DNA of 59,721 nt, counting the filler, from Sphacelaria rigidula (lineage: Eukaryota), in assembly GCA_964200075.2 (NCBI GenBank). It is 10 parts of 10 records of this genome, joined end to end, with 100 filler letters (N's around TTAATTAATTAA, not from the genome) between each part and the next. Parts side by side here need not be neighbours in the genome. Positions count along the whole stretch, not along the records: positions 47,858 to 53,739 come from CAXNAA020023756.1; positions 53,840 to 59,721 come from CAXNAA020023757.1; 8 more parts are not named here. One strand, given 5' to 3'. Position numbers and translations under genes: made by a program. The notes under the pieces are model-generated. The model did no database searches. It was not told where the DNA came from and worked only from the letters and a program-made list of their open reading frames with translations. Below, piece after piece: positions 50,613 through 59,721 of this stretch (positions are counted from its first letter, which is position 1; the number at the start of each line of letters is the position of its first letter).

Positions 50613-51695
50613 CGTCCCGAGAAAAATTCCGTCCTCAATCTCACAAATATGTTGTTCAACCAAGAACGGTCCCGAAAACTCTTCCCCCCGTTCGCGTGCG
50701 CGTGTGTGCGCACCATGTGTTGACTGTTCAGGAACTACGCATCGACGATGGGGAAGCGGGCGCTGACTTTGGCCGGAGAAATGGTACCTGAAGATACTCG
50801 AGCATACTCCGTGCTTCGGGAAACAACACGCGAGGTGATACGCCGTATCGAAAGCTCTCAGATGGTTTTGTCGACGATCACAGTCACAGTCGTCCTTGAC
50901 AAAATCTGAAATCATATGAATGCCTGAGCGCAGACCCCCCATCCTCTCGAGTCCTCCACCCCTCAAAGCATTCCCCAGAGTATACCTTCTCGGTCATGTG
51001 CGGAGGTATTGTAAATTTTCGCTGTGTGGTTTGCAGGTGTTGAGCGCGAGTGACATTATTTTGCTCCACCCGTATTGTCTTTGGTACGATGAATGGGTTC
51101 CCAGCGCGGTATGACCGCACTATCGCGGGACCCATCACTACCTGCGCTGTTTTGTATTTCTATTTTACCTGAGAATAGTGTAGCGCATTGGACCTGTGGC
51201 GGACAATTTGGTACAACTACGTTGTGGCAGAGGTGGGACCTGCACTACACCTCTACCACACGCACGCAGGCAGCCACAGTGGGAAGCAGATATTTCTCGC
51301 GAGGGTTTAGAATGGCAAGCGATGAAGCGTGGCTTCTTCACCGGGCAAGGATAGGCAGACCTTCACGCTCTCTCAAAGCCAGCGTGAACCACACCAATAT
51401 ATTGAAGCTGCGGCAGTAGGGTATTTGATTTCCGAGTTCCAAGTCTGGTGATCCGCCAGCGCCACTTATTGAAGTTGTCGTTTCATGATCTGCCCGGCAT
51501 TGGGAGCAGCTGAGCACACCTAAAGCCGTCTTGTGCCGTGCAGGTACACTTCACTGCAGTATGATAACTGTCACCCGAGTCGTTTTTACTTGGCGATACT
51601 CTTTTGTCCTCTCGTGACTGTTGTATCGGTTAATGGAGAATTGTCGTGCCTTGCATTGTCTTGTGTTGTTGATGTTTTGCCTTTTTGCCACCCTC

Positions 51696-51728
<33 letters not shown>

Positions 51729-52689
51729 AACAAAAACAAAAAAACAAAATAAAAGACAGCCGTATACCGAAGCAGTCAGCAAATACCAACTAACGGCTAC
51801 TATAGCACATCACTATGCACTTGTAATTGGTTCAATTCATTCATAGACTCCGTCGATTGATTCATTACATGACTGGTTTTAATATTCATTATACCCGGTA
51901 TTTTGCGAACAGGACAAGTGTGAACTTGAGAGATACTGATGGGGATTCCTCAATTCATATGAATATCTTCTACATCATCACCCCCCCCCTCCCTCCTCGT
52001 TTATGAGCCAAATTTCTCCAAATGCAGGATCGAGTTGGATCCTATATATTCATGAGACATGGTGGTGGTTCACCCGTCCTGTAGGGGAAATGGTCGTCAC
52101 AATTTTGATTGATTTTGATTGATTGTCGCACTTTAACTGATCCCCCAGGGGTCCAGCCGTGGTCTCATGATGGACGTACAGAGTTTGTCAAGTTTGAACA
52201 AAGTAAAAAATATATAAATCAGAGTTGTGCCGATTTTATTTTTCGTGTGTCACTTCGTTTTCCTCCAGGAGCGTTGGGTCATCGTGAAGGCAGCCTAGCC
52301 TTGTACGCTATCGCGGTTTTTGAATGTCTTATTGGCTCGAGATGGCGAAAAAGTACCATCATTCGATGGCACGACAGATATGTACTACGTTGTATACATT
52401 TTCTTCAGCTCTACTCTTCTTGTCGTTTTTCGCCATGTAACTTCACACAGGCATTGACTGGTATGGCTACGATTGCTTATACGAAGGCTCGCATCGCCTT
52501 CGGCTCTCAGGTACGGGTCAATGGATGATGTGACATACAGTGAGGGAAGACTCCCCATTGGCTTGTATGATGGACTGTATCTCACGGCTCCACAGTGAGG
52601 GTCGCGCCAAGATGCCTTAGGTTGCCAGCCGGGTGCGATTTTTATGTCATATGTTTAATGCCCCCGCCCCGCCCCCCCCTTCCCTCCTC

Positions 52690-52860
52690 GAAACAGGACG
52701 AGGATAAGACATGTCAAAGGTTTCCGTGTCGTGTATGGAAGAAGCGTTATGAGCGCCAAATATTGAAGGTGTCTCTATTAGGAGTAAGAATAATGCTCCG
52801 TCTTGAGAGGAACGTGTGGTCAATGGCCAAATGACTACAATATTGCAAGCAACAAGTGAT
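52690..52860 (+). mobile_element. Longer, diverged family A copy
   Basis: Family A end preceded by about 100 bp whose ATGAGCGCCA...GGTGTCTCTATTA part also occurs inverted at 23930-23965; C-runs on both sides. Confidence 0.65.
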
Positions 52861-53398
52861 TTCCCCCCCCCCCCCCCCGCCGCCGTCGCTGCTGCCGTCG
52901 CCTCCCCTCAAGTAGATTGTAGTCATGATCCAGAGCTTGAAATTTTGGTCCCTTAGCATATGCACCGCATGTTTTCCCATGTGGATCTCTTGCTTTTACA
53001 GCAACGGGACGTAATTGCGTAATTAAAGTCGTGCTCTTATTGAATCGTTTATTTTATGTGCACAAGACAATGTATCACAACGTTGTAGTATCATAAGAAG
53101 TCTCGGGGCGCCCTTTTCGCATCTGTGTCGATGCTGTGCCGAGGGGGCCCGGTAGTGAGAAAAACTGTTTCATGTACAGACTCCAGCCCTGTTCCATGCA
53201 GTGCCTGCTTCGAAATACAAGTGTCCTATACATGGTGTACATGAGGTAGTCTCAAGCACCGGTTGTTACGGCGTACTTTAGCTTGACGCATACCCATCAA
53301 CACGTTACTTTCTCCTCCTGTTTCTTCCTTTTTTCTTGTTTGCCATTTTTCATGTGTTTGTATGCAAAACGCGCGTTTTTTGGCCGGGCCTGCATCAG

Positions 53399-53518
53399 GT
53401 GTCCGCACAGAGTCGAGAGGAAGCAGAGTCGTGCACGATGACCGCGCCACAGATACTCATGGCCATCACTGTGGCGGCGGTGTGCTTGGCGGAGCCACTG
53501 CATTACCTCAAAACCGGG
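53399..53518 (+). CDS. 120-nt internal exon of an unidentified gene
   Basis: atcag|GTG...GGG|gtaagc; VSAQSREEAESCTMTAPQILMAITVAAVCLAEPLHYLKTG. It lies on a different contig from TM9SF. Confidence 0.45.
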
Positions 53519-54351
53519 GTAAGCCGTCCGCAGCATGCTGGAGTAGGTTTTCACTCGTTTCCATTTTCTCTCCTTTTTTGGTCACACTTTCAACCCTCCC
53601 TCCTTTTCCTAGAGACGAGTCCGCCGTGTCGAGGGGCCATCATCCAATCCCCCCCCCCCCCCCCCCCCCCCCCCCCACCCAAACCAAAAACCAAAAAGAG
53701 AAGGAGAGGGGAAGGAGAGGAGGAAAAAATGGAAGTTAANNNNNNNNNNNNNNNNNNNNNNNNNNNNNNNNNNNNNNNNNNNNTTAATTAATTAANNNNN
53801 NNNNNNNNNNNNNNNNNNNNNNNNNNNNNNNNNNNNNNNCCAGGCTCGCACTCAATCACCAAGCGCGAAGCGCCGTGGTGTGTTCGGCGAGTCGCATGAC
53901 GGGTGAGCTGCATCCTGCTAAGATTGTTTGGCCCGAAGCCTACTGGTTATCTTGCATTTTGATGACAGGCTACAGTGAGTACTTGATTCTCTGGAATAGT
54001 CACTTCCAGAGACAGCCACCACGGCTTGAACACTGCCTCATGGGTATCTCACCATTCGGTGGACGGTAAAAATGAGATATTGATCGCCATCCTCTCTTTC
54101 TGTACTTTTTTTTCCCCTTCACGTCTTGGTCCACTAATGTGTCGTTCTGTTCGATTTTTTTCTGTCCCTTGTCTTCTTCAGCGAGTTTTTCGTTTTGTGT
54201 TGTTTTTACGGGGGAGGGGGGGGGGGGGGGGGACGTCCATCTATCATGCGACCTCGGCTGGACCCCTGGGCGGTCAGTTGAAGTGCGACAATCGAAGAAT
54301 CATGCCATCCACCCCCTTTCCGCCTGTGATGTTGGTGTGCACTTTGATCAG

Positions 54352-54445
54352 GTGGTGGCGTTCGCTCCTGTGGTCCGGCTCCTGTGCGGGGTGGATGTTG
54401 CTGTACTCCGTGGGATACTACTTCACCGGGCTGAAAATGGAAGGG
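54352..54445 (+). CDS. TM9SF: Transmembrane 9 superfamily (EMP70) exon
   Basis: cag|G TGG TGG CGT...GGG|gtaggt; WWRSLLWSGSCAGWMLLYSVGYYFTGL matches the conserved WWWRS region. Confidence 0.88.
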
Positions 54446-55424
54446 GTAGGTTTACAGTATGTAACACGAGAAGCACGGCCTGAGTGGGGGGCGATTTTGT
54501 TCCAGCGTATTGGCAGCGGCGTAACTGTGCTGTACTCGACCCCGCTTGGTGAAACACCCACACAGTGTATTTGATTCGTACGGTATGAATCAATCCTTGA
54601 GCTTTATTTTCAGCGTTGCGGCAACCAATCCGTAAGGTACGCGCGCGGCCCAGGGACGTGGGATGGCGCAAAAATTGCGTGGGGAGGTGTTTTTGGCCAG
54701 CGGTCAACTTCTTTTCCCCCCTTTCGAGCACTCACGCCTGAATAGTCATAGAATTAGTTACAGTGGGGGTCACGGTTTAAGAGAGGGGTGTGCCAGATCA
54801 AGAAAACTTCTCTTGAACCCGACCTTGTACTAAATCGGTTCAAGAGAGGTTTTTTACTAAACCGAACAGTCGGTTTAAGGGAAAACCTCTCTTAAACCGA
54901 ATATGTGGGTTATTGACAGCCTTCGAACGGCAGTTTGAGCCGTGGTGCCGAATGTGTGTGTCTGTGTGTGTTGCCGTCCCATCAATTCTGGACGCCGGTT
55001 CACACCTTTCGGTATATGTGGGTGGATCAGCCGGGGTCATACAGGATGAAGGTCAACACAAAGTGTTGAAAGAGGGCATTTCATATCGTTGACACACAAT
55101 GTTTTTGTGCGCTACGGGACCCACATCCAGCGCGATGACCCCTTATTTTTGTGAAAATTAATCGATATATTTCGCGGTATCGTAGTTATCGCCACATCAG
55201 CTGAACATAGCGGCCAACGCAACACATGCGCGCCACACACACGTCACGTCTCGAAAGAAAAAACAGGATGCAGGAAGGCAAGAAGACAGAAAATCACACA
55301 TGTTGTATTGAACTCTGTACTGCTGTACAGGTGCTGCACTCACCACCAGTTAAACTCAAGTACCTACACCCGTTCCACCCAGCAACAAACATGTGACATG
55401 CGCTCATCGGCAGCTTCTGCAACG

Positions 55425-55760
55425 CTACACGAAGTCTGCCATGCAAGTTTGTTCTGTTTTCCTTGACCCAAACTTGTTCATCCAGGCCAACTTGGCCTTA
55501 CCAAGATGGCACGACACGTCCACCATGTTGCACCTCTCTGCTACTCTCTTGAGGTCCCCAAACTGCCTAGATACGTCAGTGTACGGTGGTGGACGAGGAG
55601 AGACTTCGGGCTGCGCGCAGTGGCTCTTGTCTCCACCCGAAGAGTTGGCGTCGTCATCAGAGTCTATGTTCAGTTGGGCAAGCGACACCTCACAAAAATT
55701 GTCCTTCAGATCGGCAACTACCGCTCCTGCCACCTCTTTCTCCTCCTCTACGCCAAACCA
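55425..55760 (-). pseudogene. C-terminal fragment of a pogo-like transposase
   Basis: Acidic DSDDD linker, a helical segment and terminal KTEQTCMADFV*, a PIP-box-like end as in pogo/Tigger transposases; no DDE domain. Confidence 0.6.
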
Positions 55761-55973
55761 TGTGTCGACTGTGTGTTACAATTTCTGGACGTACTGAGAT
55801 GTTTTTCGAACTACAGTACTGTACAGTAAGAGAGCGGGGGGGTTGGTGGTGGATCCGGTTTAAGAGAAAACAGAGTTCGGTTTAAGAAAACCAGGGTTCG
55901 GTTTAAGAGAGTGGTGTGCCAAGCCTTTTCGACCTCTCTTGAACCGGCAATTCTCTTAAACGAGCTCTCTTAA

Positions 55974-56071
55974 CCCTTCGACCGCGAGGTTAGTCTTCTG
56001 TTGAATCGGCATCAATTTCAAGTGAAGAAGAGTATGCATGATCCAGAAAGACTAATATCGCGGTCTAAGGG
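55974..56071. mobile_element. 98-bp piggyBac-type MITE
   Basis: TTAA|CCCTTCGACCGCGAGGTTAGTCTT...AAGACTAATATCGCGGTCTAAGGG|TTAA. Confidence 0.85.
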
Positions 56072-56193
56072 TTAAACCGTGACCCCCACTGTATTTGAGC
56101 TGGCGATGATTTCTCCGAATCATGAATCGTTCGCTTGTTGTGTGTGTGTGGGTGCGTGTGTGTTTGACGGCTTTTTTTGCGATGTGCTCGCAG

Positions 56194-56319
56194 GTGGTAG
56201 CGGCATGCCTGTTCTTCGGCTACACGTTCGTACTGACAGGAGGGTTCTTCCTGCTTACGGGCACGGTGGGGTACTTTTCATGCCAGTGGTTCATCAACGT
56301 CATCTACTCTTCTATCAAG
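56194..56319 (+). CDS. TM9SF: TM9SF penultimate coding exon
   Basis: cgcag|GTG...AAG|gtacgc, 126 nt; VVAACLFFGYTFVLTGGFFLLTGTVGYFSCQWFINVIYSSIK. Confidence 0.92.
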
Positions 56320-56374
56320 GTACGCGCGTGTATTTTGTGCTCCCCGTGAAGTGCGATGAACGCCGTGTGGTGTG

Positions 56375-56425
56375 TGTAGTAGTAGTAGTAGTAGCAGCAG
56401 CAGCAGTAGTAGTAGTAGTAGTAGT
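56375..56425 (+). repeat. Compound (GTA)n/(GCA)n microsatellite
   Basis: Read directly from the sequence. Confidence 0.9.
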
Positions 56426-57048
56426 GTGGCACATACTTTTCGTCACATGTAGGGGATAGTAAATTGCAAGGCTGTATGGATAAACAGAGCAATGCTGCGG
56501 TATAGGAGCACTTTTTGCGCAAAATATTTTCCGACTCAGGGGTGGCTCCTAACGATTCTAGATGTGCAAGACTGTGGGTCGGGGCATATCCGTTTGCCAA
56601 TTCGTTCGGGATATTCCTAGCACATTGATTGGTTGTCGCACTTTGACTGACCCTCCAGGGGTCCAGCCTTGGTCTCATGATGAACGTATCCAAGAAAAAC
56701 GAGACCGAAAACGAGTCATTTGAAATAGTAATGTTGGCGTACTCTCACATACTTCACAAGTCGTATTTGGGATGACATACACGGTTCCTATTAATAACAA
56801 CCCTAATAACCTCGGCAAATATTTGTGCACCCCTACCGTAGCATCAAATTATACCCAGAGGTGGGTGATGTTCGGTTTGACATACTCAACCATACTGGAA
56901 TGTGCGTTGTTAGTAGCAAGATATATTCGCGTCACTGAACCACATTTTTCCTTCTTTCATTCGCAACTGCCCTTCCGTCTCTGACTCGTTATTGCTCCGT
57001 CCTTTGCGCTTTCATCTACGCCCTTACCCCCCCCGCTCATTCCCCCAG

Positions 57049-57057
57049 GTGGACTAA
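57049..57057 (+). CDS. TM9SF: TM9SF terminal coding exon (VD-stop)
   Basis: Long pyrimidine tract + cccag|GTG GAC TAA completes the family's ...IKVD C-terminus (KxD/E motif). Confidence 0.85.
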   Translation: MD

Positions 57058-58153
57058 GATTGCACGGAGGCTTTGTCATCGGGCGCGCGGGAAAGGATGT
57101 ATCGATTCCGTCCAAGCGGTTTCGTCGCCCATCTCTGACTGCTGTTTCTCGCGATCATGGGGGTGACGATTGCGGGAACAGACCACTGCCCCGTGCTGCA
57201 GTAACGGGTGGTGCGCAAGGCAGAGGCTGTGCTTCGTTTCGTCTTCATCTAGCGGCCGCGCTCGGGTGTTGGAGTGTCACGTGCTAGTTAGTTGCCCCCG
57301 TTATTGGGATTTTCGGATTAGTTGATGCACGCCGACTGCTTGCTATCTCGTGGACTTGTGATTGCCTGCAGCAACGCTTACTTGTCGAGCAAACGTTAGC
57401 ATGGGGGAAGGGAAAGAGCCACTGGGCCGGGTCGCGCATGGCCTTCAATACAAGCGCTTTGGAATGAGCTGTTTTTACTGGCTGTCTCCGGAGTCGTACG
57501 GAAAAAAACGTCGTTTGTGCTACTTACTGAACGAGATGTAGAGTGGGCTGAGTGAGTGCTTGAGGTTGATGCATTTGCAGGATTCACTCGGGAGGCTTGG
57601 CTTTGAATCACTTGGGATTTTTTTTTTTCTCCTTCACGTCGTTTCTCGCTGGGGTAACCTGGAGTCGCGCAATATGACGCCTCACGGCATAATGAACGTG
57701 TGGCGGGAGAACACCCCTCCTGTGTAGTGCAATGCGTATGATGTTGTGCTGTAGTCTGTCTGCACATTTCGTGCCGGGATGGGGATGTGCAATTTACTTG
57801 ATCCTGCGGCGTTGTACGTTTTGCCCGCATGTTATCCGACGCGTTTTTTTTTGGTGGACCGGAAGAGCCAGGAGATGGATCACCCACAGCAGGGTGTGTT
57901 ACTGCCTTGCAAAGGATTTAAGTCCGCGACATTTGCCTGTTTCCTTTCTCGCTTCTCATGTCTGCTTTTTACTCTTGCATGTGTGTCTATGTGTCTCTGT
58001 GTGTGCTTTGATTTTTTTTTGTGACAAACGGAGCACTGTTGTTGCAACAGTCCTTCTTCGGGTGAGTGAGTTCCAACAAATGAGTGATTGACATATGTCT
58101 TGCCGAGCACGATTCGTCTCTACACTATTTTTATCCGTGATCGTTTTTTTTTT

Positions 58154-58185
<32 letters not shown>

Positions 58186-59721
58186 TTAATAAAATTTTTT
58201 TTTAGATTAGATTTTTTTCTTTTTTTAACTTGTGTTTTTTTTTTTTGTTTTNNNNNNNNNNTGTTTTCGATCTATTTTGTTTTTTTTTTGTGCCTTGCGG
58301 AGCACGTTTCGTCTCTACACTTTTTTTATCCGTGTTCGTTTTTTTTTTTTTTTTTCTTGTCCTTTTCCTTTGCTTTTTGGGCACCCCAAAGTAGTCTTCC
58401 GAGCAGATTGTAGGCCCTTTGAAACATGCGCTTGTGTGTGCTGAATTATTGTTATTTTCATTGTGAATGGGATTTTAGGATTGTAGTTGTTACGGGTCGT
58501 GAATAAAATCAAATAAACAATCGGGGGTTCTAAATGGCTATTTACAAAATCGTATTTTTTTTCTTCGTCTTTCCTGTACGGTAGGACGGCAGGAGACTCT
58601 AGATAAGCTTCTGTTAACAATGTTTTCGTGAGATTTGAGAGTAGAAGGTGCGATTCATTGTGAAAGCGGTCAATGAGTGCATGATCCGTTTCAGTTCCGA
58701 AATGACCCTCCACGGGGCCTAATAGCTTGGCACTGAGGCCCATGATCTCCCTGAGTAGGATGTCGACGTGTAGCTGTAAGCACACGCCGGTGATGAAGGC
58801 AAAGAAAATCACGCACGGAATGGATAGTTATCTAAGTTGAAGCGATTGATTGAATCCACTCTCGAACAGCGCTCTACTCTCAATCTCACGAAAACGTTGT
58901 TTGTTGCAGAAATGCTTTGAAGGATGGCATTTAGAGGGTGTCGAGAGGGATGATCACCCACCCTGCGATAGCCAGATCGGTGGAGGCATCGGCTCCGATT
59001 CCGAGTGGGGAAGATTGGGAGGGCGTTTGTTTTTTGAAGTTGAGAATCACGTTGTGCCTCGGGATGGTGCTGGAAAGATGAAAAATGGGCAACGAGCCGT
59101 TGCCTGAGATGAACGACATGCGGATGAAATTGCTTCTGAAACCAGAATCCAGAATCCAGCAGCCAGGCGTGGATCATCCATCAGTTGGGCGGTCCAGCAC
59201 GATTAACATCACCTTCGCAGACATGTGCAGTAAGGGATCCATGCGCAAACACGCGCCATATACGACGTTGCTGGCTGTGTGTACCTGTGTTTGTCTGCGT
59301 TTTTTGTTTGTTTGTCGATGGACGTGACGGTGCCCTGCGCTGCTGAAGCTTGATAATAAGCTGAGGCCAAGAAGAAGGCGTGGGCTCACGAATCAACCCT
59401 GCGCTACGCTGACCTTCGCCTGAATTCAGTCACCTGTACATCGTGAAAACTGGAGCAACGTATGTATGCGCGATTTGAGGCGCATGTACACATGCGCGTA
59501 TGGAGGCGTATGTATACGCGTATTAAGGTATATGAGTACGCCGTATTGATGCGTATGTATACTGGAACTGACGCGCATGTGCATGCAAGTTGAGGCCAAT
59601 TTATAGGCGTGAATCGATGCGGTTGTCCCCCTACGGCTCCGTAAGGCGATGGTCGAACACTTAACAACAAATTGTGAGAATTGAGGTTTAACTTCGAGAT
59701 GAGGCTCAAGCCTAAAACAGT

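Larger units (their letters stand above)
54761..56091 (-). mobile_element. pogo/Tc1-mariner deletion derivative in a TM9SF intron
   Basis: TA|CAGTGGGGGTCACGGTTTAA...TTAAACCGTGACCCCCACTG|TA; subterminal GGTTTAAGAGA repeats at both ends; residual transposase C-terminus. Confidence 0.88.

Noticed and set aside
16793..54445. MGD-TM9SF fusion (phase-2 TG|G compatibility)
   Set aside because: Different contigs; the phase match is coincidental.

Overview
This window is not one locus. It is ten unrelated contigs (the first 5883 bp, the other nine 5882 bp) joined by identical 100-bp N/TTAATTAATTAA/N spacers, consistent with a length-sorted concatenation of an assembly. The content is intron-rich, repeat-rich eukaryotic nuclear DNA, most likely a brown alga (inference from a plastid galactolipid synthase and exon/intron style). 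Supportable host exons: two of an MGDG synthase, the last three of a TM9SF/EMP70 gene, one of a DUF819-like membrane protein, two of a CCCH zinc-finger gene and two orphans. The rest is mostly transposon debris: a decayed Ty1/copia 3' half with PPT and LTR, LINE RT fragments, a pogo-like element with a piggyBac-type mini-element nested in its TIR, several MITEs and a small Helitron. The most unusual signal is a pair of related, structured 3'-end retroelement families (about 14 copies) that lack a poly(A) tail and end in ATGAGTAC next to C-tracts. They make long target duplications, stack serially at one site and twice sit at splice-acceptor pyrimidine tracts. I see no CRISPR array, complete tRNA/rRNA gene or clearly new multi-gene system.
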